Assembly (NCBI GenBank): GCA_002269645.1 | Contig: NIVC01000795.1 | Span: 186,001 to 250,000 of the forward strand | Reading direction: 5' to 3' | Source of the DNA: Macrostomum lignano | Taxonomy: Eukaryota | Length of the DNA: 64,000 nt | Shown here: positions 1 to 13,700 of the stretch, piece by piece | How the letters are laid out: each line of letters starts with the position of its first letter | How positions within the stretch are numbered: position 1 is the first letter of the stretch | The notes under the pieces: model-generated | What the model saw: only the letters and a program-made list of their open reading frames with translations | Told to the model about the DNA's origin: nothing | Database searches by the model: none | Position numbers and translations under genes: made by a program

Positions 1-485
1 AGCATGACCACCTGCCATGCATAGACACGATCTCATTAATCAACTGCACTTATTTAAGGTTTCGTGCGACTTCCCCCTCTGACAAAAACTGGACATCAAC
101 TGACGGCAGCACCTTGCGAGTACATTATCGTCTGTACATCTCATTTATGAGCAAATTTATATGTTGTGTAAATCGGATATTTTCGAGACCTGTGAAGTCA
201 CCCTGCACAAAAATTCCACCTTGCACAAAAAAGAACTTTTGGTTCGAGTAAATCGAGTCACATGTTTCTGCACGCCACTTTTCAAGCACAGCAGCACAAT
301 TCTATATGCCTGCCTTCCTTTCTCACTTTAAAAATGTAGACTATTATTTTATTAATAATGTCCAACTCCTGGGCTACGCTACTTACTCCCGATCTGGCCA
401 GTAGCATCTTAAGATAATTATTGTCCTAATTTTATAATATTCTACAACCAGTGATTTTCTGAATTTATTTTCAATTGTCACACAG

Positions 486-856
486 ACGGCCGCGAGTCCA
501 GGGCGCTGAGCCGCGCGTCTCTGCAGCACCTGGCTGGCCGGCTGTCCGGCAGCGAGGCGGCCGACCTGGCTGGCCAGCTGGGGTTGCCGGACAGCGCCAT
601 CTCGGTGCTGAGCTTCGAGTCGGCGCCGCTGCGCTACCCGCCAGCCGCGGCCAGCATCCCCTACCGGCTGCTGCTGTACTGGAAGCGCGCCAGGGCCGCG
701 GACGGAGCCGATGCGCAGGTTGAGTCTCTCGGCGACGCGCTGGATGACCTCGGCCGGCGCCGTCTGGCTGGGCTGCTCCGTCGCTGCCACGCCGAAGGTC
801 GCGAGCTGACGGCCGAGCGGCTGGCCGCGGCCGAGGACAAACAGCGCGAAGACTGA
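486..856 (+). CDS. Terminal exon encoding a C-terminal death domain; the rest of the gene lies upstream, outside the window
   Basis: Acceptor ttgtcacacAG at 484-485, then an open frame (D)GRESRALSRASLQHLAGRLSGSEAADLAGQLGLPDSAISVL...YRLLLYWKR...VESLGDALDDLGRRRLA...EDKQRED* ending at TGA 854-856. The LA..LGL, LL..WK and L..AL..LGR.DLA pattern is typical of death domains. The parent family cannot be assigned. Confidence 0.7.
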
Positions 857-1002
857 GGGGTGGCAAACTGCACTTTTGATGCACTTTTGTCCGGCACTAG
901 GCTGGACTGATGATGCAAACTGGGTTGGGTTTTTCAAGTACTCATTGACCCCTCCTCTGACGATGAGCAATACAGTATCAATTTGCACGGACTTATCAAA
1001 CA

Positions 1003-2026
1003 TCAATTGATCAACTGATCAATCTATCAAGAATCAACTGATCAATCAATCAAGAATCAACTGATCAATCAATCAAGAATCAACTGATCAATTAATCAAG
1101 AATCAACTCATTAATCAATCAAGAGTCAACTGATCAATCCATCAAGAATCAACTGATCAATCTATCAAGAATCAACTGATCAATCTATCAAGAATCAACT
1201 GATCAATCAATCAAGAATCAACTGATCAATCAATCAAGAATCAACTGATCAATCAATCAAGAATCAACTGATCAATCAATCAAGAGTCAACTGATCAATC
1301 AATCAAGAATCAACTGATCAATCAATCAAGAATCAACTGATCAATTAATCAAGAATCAACTGATCAATCAATCAAGAATCAACTGATCAATTAATCAAGA
1401 ATCAACTCATCAATCAATCAAGAGTCAACTGATCAATCCATCAAGAATCAACTGATCAATCTATCAAGAATCAACTGATCAATCTATCAAGAATCAACTG
1501 ATCAATCTATCAAGAATCAACTGATCAATCAATCAAGAATCAACTGATCAATCAATCAAGAATCAACTGATCAATTAATCAAGAATCAACTCATCAATCA
1601 ATCAAGAGTCAACTGATCAATCCATCAAGAATCAACTGATCAATCTATCAAGAATCAACTGATCAATCTATCAAGAATCAACTGATCAATCAATCAAGAA
1701 TCAACTGATCAATCAATCAAGAATCAACTGATCAATCAATCAAGAATCAACTGATCAATTAATCAAGAATCAACTGATCAATCCATCAAGAATCAACTGA
1801 TCAATCAATCAAGAATCAACTGATCAATCAATCAAGAATCAACTCATCAATCAATCAAGAGTCAACTGATCAATCTATCAAGAATCAACTGATCAATCAA
1901 TCAAGAATCAACTGATCAATCAATCAAGAATCAACTCATCAATCAATCAAGAGTCAACTGATCAATCCATCAAGAATCAACTGATCAATCCATCAAGAAT
2001 CAACTGATCAATCAATCAAGAATCAA
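1003..2026. repeat. 23-bp tandem satellite (tcaagaatcaactgatcaatcaa), about 44 copies
   Basis: Unit read directly, with variants caat/ctat/ccat/taat and gaat/gagt. Confidence 0.95.
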
Positions 2027-2420
2027 GCAAAAAAAAATTGACAACCTAACAATAATTCACTGAAGTGCCGATCGAAAACAAATCATCAAATATATCAAGG
2101 AGATTCATTTTTATTCTTCTTTCTAAAGCTTGCTACGATAATTATAGAATTTCATATTTTCGTTTTCCCATTGCTGAACGCTTCTAGTATTTGTGTATTT
2201 TGATCAGCAAGAAATCTTTCATCCCAGCCGCACCTGCTCCTTTAGAGATAGAACTCTCCTCCTGTAAATTATTTTAGCATAAAGTCCCAACATTTTCTCT
2301 GTACAAAACTGCAGCTAACAATCCTGTGCTAAATAAATTGACTGACTTGAACATCTCCGCTGGCTTGTGAGCAACTCTCTTTGCAGATCTTCATTGAAAT
2401 TCTGGCAGTGGAAGTGTATG

Positions 2421-2772
2421 GGGAATGGCATTCTGGTAGTTGCTATGCAGTAAGTGTAGGGGGAATTGCATTCTGGTAGTTGCCATGCAGTAAGTGTAGG
2501 GGGGGGAATTGCATTCTGGTAGTTGCCATGCCGTAAGTGTAGGGGGAATTGCATTCTGGTAGTTGCCATGCGGTAAGTGTAGGGATAATGGCATTCTGGT
2601 AGTTGCTATGCAGTAAGTGTAGTGGGAATTGTATTCTGGTAGTTGCCATGCAGTAAGTGTAGGGGGGGGAATTGCATTCTGGTAGTTGCTGTGCAGTAAG
2701 TGTAGGGAGAATCGCATTCTGGTAGTTGCCATGCAGTAAGTGTAGGGGGAATGGCATTCTGGTAGTTGCCAT
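2421..2772. repeat. About 40-bp minisatellite (gcattctggtagttgccatgcagtaagtgtagggggaat), about 9 copies
   Basis: Read directly; unit length varies with the G run. It explains the repetitive ORFs at 2315-2883. Confidence 0.92.
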
Positions 2773-3282
2773 GCCTAATTCAAGATCGAGCCACTTCTTT
2801 GGTGAAAAATGGCAAAATATTGCAGGAAAATCAGGAGAGCGATTTTCTATGCAAAGAACCGGCAAAGTCATTCTGCATTTCAAACAAACTGTTGTTAATT
2901 AGTTAATTTACTCGTCTTTAAATTCAAGCCAAAATCCCCAAAGCTTCCTCACGCAAGCGAGACTCACCGCCCTTTCGTCTTTCTCGCTCTGCCCGTATCG
3001 GGCGGGAACGCGAATGGTGCTGGCTTGAGAACAGCTACACACACTGTGAGCAGGGAGGGCTTGAGGAGAAAAAACCCAGTTGAAGCCCAGGGGAACAGGT
3101 GAAACGCTGCGCCGTCATAGAGAGTATCGGCAGTGTGGTGTCCACTCGCTCTGGGTGGGGCGCTGCTGTCTCCTCCCAGGGCCGGCCCCAGGCCCTCGTC
3201 CCCTCCCTCCAAATGCAACTTGTGCTGAGGCATGGAGATCTAAATGCAGAGCCTGGAATGAAAAATTTCCTGGGAAACCTCC

Positions 3283-3470
3283 ATTTGCATACAACTGTAG
3301 GCTGGCTGCGAAACTTTCTACATACAACTGTAGGCTGGATGCGGAACTTTCTACATACAACTGTAGGCTGGCTGCGAAACTTTCTACATACAACTGTAGG
3401 CTGGATGCGAAACTTTCTACTTACAACTGCAGGCTGGCTGCAATACCTCCATTTGCATACAACTCCAAGG
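3283..3470. repeat. 33-bp minisatellite (atacaactgtaggctggctgcgaaactttctac), about 5 copies
   Basis: Read directly; gives an 11-aa period in the overlapping ORFs. Confidence 0.9.
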
Positions 3471-4008
3471 CTCTGGTTCTGGGTCTCCATGGCTGAGGCG
3501 AGTTCTCCCCGCTCCGCGCTGACAATGCAGCAGCCCGCGGTGCACCAGTTGTTTATTGCCGGGCCGCGCCAGTCCCCCGCATTTCCCCTTTCTCCCCTTA
3601 GCTTGGCGCGCAGGGAGGCGGGGTTGGGCGCCACTCCGGCCAACTGAGACTCTTCCTCAAGCCGATCTTCTCTTAGACTCCTCCCGGCCACCCCCACCCG
3701 GCTACACTGGCGCGTGTAAGTCTGGGATAAGTTTTGCTCTCACAGCTCGGCCTCTCGCTCCTCGCTACTCGAATCACCGACCCCTAGGTGACCCCGGGGC
3801 AGCTACTCGAAGTCTTCTGGAGCACTACTCAACACCTGCTGGCCGGCACTGCACTAACAGCAGGGATTATTATCCCCTGAGCTCCAAAAGGACTGAAGTG
3901 GGCTCGCTGGCTGCACTGACGGTTGCTGGTCCCCGGCCGGTATAACTGCAGCAGCGACTCGGCGCCCGGGCCAATGAAGCCGCTGCACTGGCCGCCAGAG
4001 CTGCTGTG

Positions 4009-5514
4009 ATGACGGAGCCGGCGTCCCAGCCTGCGCAAGTTCAGGCGATGGAACCGGTCCCCACCGCCGCTCCCACGCCGATTGATCACCAGCTGCTTGA
4101 GGTGCTGCCGTCGTCAGAGGCTCAGGTCGAAGTCGATGGCCAGCCCAGCAATGCCAATGAAGAAGAAGAGGAGAGCGAGGACGAGGAGGAGGATGAGGCA
4201 GCCATGGGCGACTACGATCTCAGCTGCTCGGGCTACCTGCGCCGAAAGCTACGGTCCCTCCTGCCTCCGCTCTGCTGGGGCCTCGCCGCCGCCTGTTGCT
4301 GGGCCGTGGCGATCTGGTGCGCCGGCCAGCTGGGCCGGGTTCGAGCCCCCAGCCACCAGCTGCTGTTCGCCGCTGGGGCGCCGCTCTGCCTGGTCGCCTG
4401 CGCCGGCCTCCTGCTGCGCCACTTCCAGCACGGCAACGTGGCGCCAGCTTTGCGCTACCACTGGCGCCCCATGCTGTTCTCGGCGGCGCTGCTGTGCGCC
4501 AGCTGCCAGCTTGGCCTGCGCGCCGCCCAGCGCCTGCCGGTGACGGCCGACGCAGCCTGCATTTTCTTCAGCTACGCCGGGGTCATGTCGCTGCCGCTGT
4601 GCTTCGTGCTGCAGACGGCGTGCACCAAGTACGGCCTGCTCGCTGCCGCCGTCACGATCGCCAACCTCGGCCTGCTGGCTCGGCCGGCTTTTCTTCGGTC
4701 GGCGCTGCTGGCGGCGAGCGCCAGCAACATCACGGCTGCCGCTGAGGCTCCGTTGCCGCCGACGCCACCGCTGGAGTTCGCCATTTGTGCCGCCGCCGCC
4801 GTTCTACTGGCTGTGGCCGTCACTGTCGTCTACTGGAAACTGGGTGGCGTCTCCTCGCTGCCGCTGCTGGCGCTGACAGCCGGCCTTCTGTGCGCCTCCT
4901 CGTTGGCGCTCCAGCCGCTGCTCTTGGCCCGGCCGCTCCGTCCACCGCCGCTGCAAGCTGCGGACGCTCCGCTGCTCTTGGCGGGAGTCGGCGGCCTGGC
5001 AACCGGCCTGCCGATGCTGCTGCACTGGCTCCGCAACGAGAGGTCGCGCCTGTTCCAGCTGGGCTGGAGCCCCACCGCGTCTCTCGTGCAGCTGGCCGGC
5101 TTTTTGGTGGCCGGACAGCGGCCGGACTCCATCAGTCTGATCGCCGCGGCCCTGGTGCAGGCAGCCACAGCGCTGGTGACTCTCGGCCAGTTGCGGCACG
5201 AGTCCTGGCTGCAGTACCGAGAGGACAGCCGCTGCAAGTACTCCCGCCTCACCATCCTGCCCGACACGCCGTTCCATCACGGCGGCAACGGCACCCTCGT
5301 CGGGAATGAAGCCGGCACCGGCAACGGATCGGCGATGGCGGAGACCAGTTTCAACTCCGTCACGGTGAGGCGCCAGTCGGACTCGAGCATGGGACCTAAC
5401 GCGGACGCTTTCTTCCAGGAAGTGAGCCTGGCCGAGACGGGAGGCCAGCTGGTCAACGATGCCGAGACGGCTAGCGGGTCGGACGGCACTTGGAAGCCGT
5501 TGAAGTTGAACTGA
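4009..5514 (+). CDS. Intronless multipass membrane protein (about 501 aa, roughly 10 hydrophobic segments), possibly drug/metabolite-transporter (EamA/SLC35) fold
   Basis: GC-rich 1.5-kb ORF with ATG at 4009. Acidic N-terminus (EEEEESEDEEEDE), about 10 hydrophobic stretches, polar C-tail. The C-terminal helix pair SPTASLVQLAGFLVAGQRPDSISLIAAALVQAATALV resembles the DMT end motif; that family call is inference. Confidence 0.7.
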   Translation: MTEPASQPAQVQAMEPVPTAAPTPIDHQLLEVLPSSEAQVEVDGQPSNANEEEEESEDEEEDEAAMGDYDLSCSGYLRRKLRSLLPPLCWGLAAACCWAVAIWCAGQLGRVRAPSHQLLFAAGAPLCLVACAGLLLRHFQHGNVAPALRYHWRPMLFSAALLCASCQLGLRAAQRLPVTADAACIFFSYAGVMSLPLCFVLQTACTKYGLLAAAVTIANLGLLARPAFLRSALLAASASNITAAAEAPLPPTPPLEFAICAAAAVLLAVAVTVVYWKLGGVSSLPLLALTAGLLCASSLALQPLLLARPLRPPPLQAADAPLLLAGVGGLATGLPMLLHWLRNERSRLFQLGWSPTASLVQLAGFLVAGQRPDSISLIAAALVQAATALVTLGQLRHESWLQYREDSRCKYSRLTILPDTPFHHGGNGTLVGNEAGTGNGSAMAETSFNSVTVRRQSDSSMGPNADAFFQEVSLAETGGQLVNDAETASGSDGTWKPLKLN

Positions 5515-7662
5515 TGAGCGCGATGGCAGCTTCGGAGCATTTCTAAGAAACACTGCAGCAGCTTTAGGTGACTTGCTTTGCATGGGCTTGCAGTTGTAGA
5601 TAAATGCTGATTAATTTTCCACCTTGGGTTTTCTCTGAAGCCGCACGAAATACGCGTGCTTTACTTCAAGTTCGCCTGACAGTCGGTTTCAGTATTGCTC
5701 AAATGTGTCCGTAAAAAATCTCGAGAGTGTTGAATTGGCCGAAAATTATTTGCTGCTGATACTATATCGTCTTTTCTGTCATGTGTGCAAACAAATTTAT
5801 TGGTGGTGGCTAAAAATTATATATATTTCTTGATTCTTCGAATTACATGTATCGCAAAGCACAAGCGTCATACTTTGCTTCGATGGCATCCTTCATATGT
5901 CAGGAAAGGACCATATGTACAGAATAACAAGATATCTTTTTGTCGCCTTAATTTGAAGTGCCTTTTAATTATGGCCTTAAGCAATCAAGAATTCTAGAAT
6001 CTATATAAAATGCTTTGCTATTTCACGGCGCTGATTTGACACTAAATTGTGTTGATAATTCAACGTAAAATGCTTTGAAACATTTGTATTCATTTTTTAT
6101 CTAGACAGAACAAGTATCATATGACCACTGCACGCTCCGGCGAATTTTTGAGTGGAAAACTTCATAGTTAATTTCTTCCGATACGTTCATATCCTTGACC
6201 AGCAAGACTTGGAAAACAACAACAAAAAGAACAGAAGGCAGATATTTCTTCTGCATGTAGGAGCGTGTATGGGTATGAGAATGGATACATGTACATATAA
6301 GGCAGACAGAGTGGAACTAGAAGGAAGTATTTAAATCTTTCATGTTATGGGCATCCGTTATTAAAGCTATGTATCAATCATAGTAAGCAAAAAAACTTTT
6401 GGCACGGTATGTGATCCAGCCAACACTAGGCTTTTCCTACTACTACCTGTGGCTCTATAGTGCCTATTGAGTGTCTTTTTACATTTGTTACAGTCCGTTG
6501 AAACCGATAGTTAAAAAATCAAATCATTATTAAATCTCTAGAAAAGCTCGCATGAGCAGAATTATCGTAAAAACCACAATGTCATTAGACGTGCTAGGAT
6601 GACGGGTTTTACTTTTCTGGTAGGATATTTCACTACCTGCATCATTTAGATATTTTTACTATTCATTCGAACTTCTAAACCCAGGCCGGGTTCGTTCAAA
6701 TTAGCGGGTGAAATTTTATGGAATGATTAAACAAAATATCTTTGATCAGCCTCTAAAGGTTGCAGAAAAATCCTTAATGAAACTATTTGGGCGTATGCAG
6801 TCCTTCAATTCTCAAAATCAAATCACAAATGACTTTCTAATAGCAAATACTGAACAATGCAAAATTTTCATTTCTGAAATACGTGGCGTGGAATAGATCT
6901 GTAACTTCTGTTATGTGTTTCCACATATCTAAACAGTTTCCATATTAAACAATAATTAATCAAATTATTCCACATAATTAAACGCTAGCCGCAGCCACAA
7001 TAAATACTCAATAAATATCAATGCTCTAGTCTATTCAAGTATAAAATTTAAATTAAGGCTCAAAATAAATGATTGCTTCTAAATTGATAAAAAATAGGTT
7101 GATTGCGGCCATAATAAGCCTATTAATTTTAGACTAGTACTAAATGCTTTAAAAGCGTCATACTTTGCTGAGCTGTAATTGTTAGAGCCATTTAACTAAG
7201 CCACCTAAAATATATCTATTCTAGTTGTATATATATACTGGAAACTAAGTTTAATAAGACAATGAGAAGTACTAAATAAGCCTAGATATAATAATTTGTA
7301 GTATAATAATAAATATATATTTTTATTTTTTGTCATCAATTTTGCAATTTACCCTTGGTCTATCATAATTTATGCTAGCTACATCAATCAGGTTGGTTGG
7401 CAACTGCCTATGCATGCCTAAAGGGGTTATTATTTTAACTCTAAGGTAAGGATGACAAAAGCCAAAAAGGTATAGATAAAAATATTTGGTTTATATTTTG
7501 ATTTTATTAGGCCTATTCTAACCACTTGGAAACATATAACCCTATCTGCTAAAGATAATTTTTTTCTAATAAGGAATAGCCTACATAGGCTTAGACCAAT
7601 AGCAAGTCAATTCACTGAAAGTAAGTTTTTTTGCCAAAGTTTTGTGATATAGGCCTATGCCC

Positions 7663-8361
7663 AGGTCTGCGGTCATTTCGTCTGCCGCCTTTTCGTCTGC
7701 CAAAGATTTTTAGCAGACGAAACGACTTTTTTATTTATGTTTATTTTGGTTCATTTATTTAGTATTTTTTATGTAGGGAATTAAAATAAATTAGTATAAG
7801 CAAGTTTTAAGTATGTTTTCTTATTTACATTGATACATTTCATTTTTCTTCATTTTCTACAAAACCTAACTAATTTACTAACCTATAAAATACTTTCGAC
7901 GCATCGATGCGAAGTTATTTTCTGAGAAAGTGGTGTTATCGATAATTTTTTTCATCATGGACGCATGCGTAATTTGTAAACAGACTGTACGACCTAGACA
8001 ACATGCGCTACTGTGCGACTTGTGCATATGCACAAGTCATATGCAAGTGAATAAACTGCATATGAGTTTACATACACGAAAAAAAAGAAAGTTGGAAGGA
8101 AACTAAATGGTTGGAAATATTTGCTTCTGGCTTTGTGTATTTATATGCAACATATTAGCTCCGGAACTTTCAGAAAAATCCTAGCATTATAATAAATTAT
8201 AATTAATAAGACATTTACATTACACTTCCATGCGAAGCTTGATGACATAATTAGTTATTCCGATTTATATATTATATATATTGGCAGACGAAACGACTAT
8301 ATCGTATATTGGCAGACGAAAAGGCGGCAGACGAAAAGGCGGCAGACGAAATGACCGTCAA
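7663..8361. mobile_element. Non-autonomous TIR element (MITE) with 9-bp TSD, Mutator-like
   Basis: Direct repeat cctatgccc at 7654-7662 and 8362-8370. Inverted ends cggtcatttcgtctgccgccttttcgtctgcc and ggcagacgaaaaggcggcagacgaaatgaccg, with reiterated gcagacgaaa subterminal motifs. The extreme tips do not match perfectly. Confidence 0.75.
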
Positions 8362-10350
8362 CCTATGCCCATTGTAAAATGAACAAGTAAACAAATTACA
8401 TTGCAATTTTAAATTTTAAAATGTTAAAACATTAAAATAAAGGTCTTATTTTTCTATCTATCTCCTAGACTAGGGCCTATATCCTACCCTATATGGCTAT
8501 ACTATGTGCACTAGGGAATATAATCTTAGGATTCTAGGATCTTAGAATCTTGGGATTAGGCCTAAATCTTAGGATTCTGAATCCCAGGAATATGGTTAGA
8601 CCTAAATCCCAAGATTAAATCCTAGGATCATAACTGTCTAGGATTGACCATTGAGATCCTAATACCATTTTGCAATAATTCAATCATTCATTCTCAAGTT
8701 AATATCTGCAGCTAAGATATTTTTCAATTAAAAAATGATAATATAGTTGTCTTACTTTGATTTTTTAATCTTTTGAGCAAGTGAGTAGAAGGTTATAATA
8801 AGGCTATAGAGATAAATAAATAGAAGCTATTATTAGATTATAAAGGTATTTAAAGTGTAATAACATAATTATATAATCTTTACCTTCAAAATTCTTTGGC
8901 TATGATTGGGATTAGAACAGTGGGACCTTACTATTGGACTATAACCTAAGCAATCAATTCTCTATCTAAGGTAGGTGCTCCTGGGAAAATAAGGGTTTGA
9001 TCTCTTTCAACCCTGGTCTAGTATTAGTATCTTAGGCCATAGGGCCTAGCTCTATAAGGTATCATTCTCCAGGTTATATCATAATCAAATGTGATTTTTA
9101 GCTAATACTAACAAATAAAAAAGCATATCTATTATGCTAGCCTATATATCACACTCCAATTCAGAGCTCACTATCAGTTTCTTGTTTTCAAAATCTTTTA
9201 TTTTATTCTACTTTTATCATTAAAAGCCCTTTAAAATTAGATTAGATAGCTTTGTAAACCAAACTGATACTAATAAAAGTTAGAAACCTTTTTAATCCTA
9301 GGATCCTCACTAAATTTGTTCTAGGATTCTTGGATTGGCAAAACTTGGGATTTTATATTCCCTAATATACACTTGTATGATTTATTCAAATTGTCTTTTA
9401 ATACATATTGGCTCAATTTCAAAGCCTATCAGTGGCAGTTGTTGCACCTTAATATTTTATAGATAATAATAAAAGCCTATTCTTCATTTAAGTGATTGTT
9501 TAGATATTTTCTTATTAAAAATATATAAAACTTCGACTTTACAACTAAATCATAAGACTTTGTAGGTTTTTTATAGATTTTTTATATTGGTGCTATAAAT
9601 ATTAGATTTTTTGGCAATAAATACTTTTTAAAATACCTACAAATAGTTTTTAATTGATAGTTTGTTTGTTTTAATCCCAATATCAAGTTATTCATTGAGC
9701 ATTGCCTAGAAACTATATCTGTTTTTCATTATATTCTTCCTAGACTGGGAAGATAAATAGGTAAATAATATTAGATTTGCCCATGGTTCTCTTTATAATT
9801 GCAAATTTTACTCTAATTTTATAAATATTACCAAATTGACATCTCAACTTTCCTTTATTGTTTTACATCTTGTCAATTGCCATTAAAGTCACTGTCTAAT
9901 ACTAATCCTAACTTTACCTTTGAGTCTTGGAAATTTTTGAACTCCTTGAATCATAGCTTCTTATCAAAACTCAAAAAGCCTTGAAGACATGACCTTGCTT
10001 GTTGTCAAGATATTCTTGTTATAAAAGAAGTTCCAATTTCTGAAGATCCCAATTTGAAAATAGATAATGGTTTACAATTTTGTTAATATTATTATATCAC
10101 TCAGTAGTATAGATACCCGAGTGTGCAAAAGTATGGTTATTGAATCATCCCAGTTACTCACTTAAACATTTCAGTCATTGTTTATTTATTAAATTTGACT
10201 CAACAGAAACAGCCTACAGCTCTGCTAGCACTGACTGCAGGCATATCAGCAGATAAGTGAGCTATTTTAAGCAGCTCAGTTCTTCAGCATTGAGCATTGA
10301 GCCCAATAGTCAGTGACACACTGCCAACAGTAAAGAAAGCGGGGGCAGTC

Positions 10351-10713
10351 ATGGCCGATCCAAACGCCAGTCGCTACCAACAGTACACGCCAGGATTCTA
10401 CTATCCCCAGCAGCAGCAGCCGCCTCATGCCAGGCAGGACTTGGAGCCCTTCTGCCCCACCTCCGTGCCGCTCCCAGACAGGAACGGCTCGCACTTGTCC
10501 ACCCCGGCTCAGGCGGAGGACCCGCCAAGCGGCGGCCAGGGCAGCGCCGGCTTCCAGTACCGGGACAACTCGGCCGGCTCCGAGTTCTCACCCGCACCGT
10601 CAGCTGCTGGATTCAAACCATATAACCGTTCTGCTGCTGGTAACAATAATGCTCAATTAGCTTCCTCTTATGGACAAGGTACTAACGCGTCCAGCTTCCA
10701 GCCGCTTCATCAG

Positions 10714-10751
<38 letters not shown>

Positions 10752-13700
10752 ACAACAGCTACAGCAACAGCAGCAGCAGCAACAACAGCAGCAGCTGCAG
10801 CAACACCACAGCGCCGCCAGCAGCTTGGCAAAGCAGTATGACGACTATTTTGACAGTTGCATTCTGGCCAACCCGCAACAGGCCGACTATTATAGGCAGC
10901 AGAAGCAGGAGTACAGGCAGTACTTTGCCCAGCTCGGAGTCTTCACTGCCTGGGTGAGTGCGATGGGGCTGTAACTGGCGCTGCGCCTCTCAAGCAGGGT
11001 GTTACAGCGGCTCTGACTTCTCGTATTTCAATTCTGTAATCTAAATCTTGATAAAAATATTACTATTTAATTGCTTACTCGTGGACAAGCTCTGCAAGTT
11101 AAGCAAACTTGCCCGCGGTTAGTACGCAGCTGAAATTGGCTGTTTGCGTCAACTGCAGTTCACTCTGCTGTGATTGGGCAGCAGCTATGAGCTGCAGTTC
11201 ACTCTGCTGTGATTGGGCAGCAGCTCTGAGCTGCAGTTCACCCTGCTGTGATTGGGCAGCAGTTCTGAGCTGAGCTGCAGTTCACCCTGCTGTGATTGGG
11301 CAGCAGCTCTGAGCTGCAGTTCACTCTGCTGTGATTGGGCAGCAGCTCTGAGCTGCAGTTCACTCTGCTGTGATTGGGCAGTCGGGTGATGCAGAGTGAA
11401 GTAGCGACCCCCCCCCCCCAAAAGTGCCAGCGCTGCACCTGTTGCCTGGCCAATTTGATTCTAAAAGTTAGCCCTGCCAATTTTCATCAAAGCATCTCAA
11501 AGACTTGCTTGATAGTCAACAGAGAATAATATCTATCACATTCAATGCCAGGGCGACACCTCGTCAGAGGCGGAGCCTGCCGGCCGCTGCACGCCGCTGA
11601 AGTTCAGCTTGCCGCACGCCCGCCTGTCGCTCTCCTGTCCTGGCCTGGCCGTCCAGGTGCCACCGTCCCGGCCGGACGAGGGCGAGCCGGCCAGGGTGCA
11701 CCTGTTTGACAGCGCCTGTCTAGCGGCCGACTGGGACCGGGTGGACTTCTCCGCTTATCCCGGACCGCTGGTGCCCGGCGAGACACTGAAAAGCGAAGTT
11801 CGGGCCTTCCTGAACGCCAAGCTGGTGGAGATGCACGAGCGGCTGGCCGACACCGACTGGGAGGACGCCGCCCTGCTGATCGGCTTCCTGGACTTCCTTG
11901 TTAGGAATAATGGCGTGAGTGTGGCAGCTGGCTGGGTACTCTCTGATTTTTAAGACCTGGATAGACCTGTGTCCCCGAAATCCCCTATAAGGTCCTGTGC
12001 TCTAATCCTAAAACTTAAAATCCCCTTTTTATTAGAGGCTGGGGGCTATGTGCACCCTGGCGTACTTTAAGCGACATTGTCGCACAACACAAGCGCGAGG
12101 ATACGTACGCAGTCATGCGCAGAGGCACACACTCATACGAGTGTACAGCGGCCCAACTTTATTTATCGTTAGGCATGTACACTTCACTGTGCCCTGGGGG
12201 TTCGCCCTCTAGGCCGCTAATTGCACGAGCAGAGCCAAGCCGAGATTTCAATTTAGCTCCGGATTAATGTGACTGCACTTGGAATCGAGCCTGGGCCGCG
12301 GGAACATCAGAACGCCGCGCTTGATTACTAGGCAATGGCACCTTGCTAAAATCCTGAATTTTAGAGTCAGAAGGTCCTGAGTTCGAATATTTTGAGACTA
12401 CAAAAATTCACTAATTCTCACAAGTCTCCAATCTGTGTTCGAATGGGGGGGGCTGTAGGGCTAGCTACTCATAGGGCTAGCTACTCATAGGGCTAGCTAC
12501 TCATAGGGCTAGCTACTCATAGGGCTAGCTACTCATAGGGCTAGCTACTCATAGCGCTAGCTACTCATAGGGCTAGCTACTCATAGGGCTAGCTACTCAT
12601 AGGGCTAGCTACTCAAGTCCTCGACTTGTGAGCGTTCAGACTTCTTTATTTCACTATGGGATTATGGAGTTTCGAGCCCCAGGCCACTGAAATCCCCAAC
12701 TGATAGAGTCAGAGTCAGGGCCAAAATTGTCAGTGGCATCCCGACCCCCTCAACCGCAGATCGCAATGGGCAGCGACCTGTCCGACCTGCTGCTCGAGGG
12801 CCACGAGCTGCGCACCGCCCACTACCGCAGCTACAATGCTGCCTCCGGCCTTGACGCCTCCGCCGCCGACGTTGCCATGGACGCCTTCGCGTCGCTGCCA
12901 CCAAGCGAGCCGGCGAGCGGCCGCGCCAGTCCGAACTCCGCCCAGCAGCAGCAGTCAGAGCTGGCCTCTGCGGCCGCTGCCGCTCTGTCCCAAGCCAGCC
13001 GTCAGCGCGATGACGCCGAGGCTGAGGCCGAGAAGCGGCTAGACAGATTCCGGAAGTTGCTGATGTACGGCCGGAAGCGCGAGGCGCTGGAGTACGCTAG
13101 TAGGCGCGGCCTGTGGGGCCAGGCTCTGTTTCTGGCTCACCAGATGGACGCGGGGCTGCACGCTCGGATGCTGGAGAGATTCGCTGCCAGAGCCATGCAG
13201 CCCGGGGACCCTCTGGTGGCGCTGTACCACTTCATGCAGGTCAGTGGGATCGATTTTGTTGCTTGGGTGGGAGTGGGGCTTAGCGGGGATGGGAGAGTGG
13301 GAGAGTCTTCACGCCAGATCGACAGGCTGGTCGAGGTGGCATCGAGCGTCGGTTTGATCGTCAACACGCTGAAGACCGAGGTGCTGATTGTGCCGGCCGA
13401 CATCCCAGCGGACCTGACGTGCCGCGGCGCAGACGGGCAGACGACCAGGCTCGCACGCTGCCAGCGGTTCACCTACCTCGGCGGTCTGATGCCCCACGTG
13501 GAAGAGGACCTCCGGCGGCGCAGAGGACTTGCCTGGGCGGCCTTTCGTTCGATCCGAGCCGTCCTCCAGTCCGAAGCGCTGCCCGACCGCCAGAGGGCTC
13601 GGCTGTGGCAGGCGGTGGTCGAAACCGTCCTGCTATACAACGCCGAGACGTGGACGCTGACGGCTACGCTGGAGCGGCAGCTGGACTCGGCGCACTCAGG

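Noticed and set aside
3080-3697. Overlapping 130-220-aa ORFs upstream of the membrane-protein gene
   Set aside because: Kept open by the 33-bp repeat and GC-rich promoter-like sequence; no recognisable domain or splice support.
5515-7600. AT-rich stretches (also 8400-10250 and 35400-36800)
   Set aside because: No ORF, repeat ends or RNA structure that I could support.
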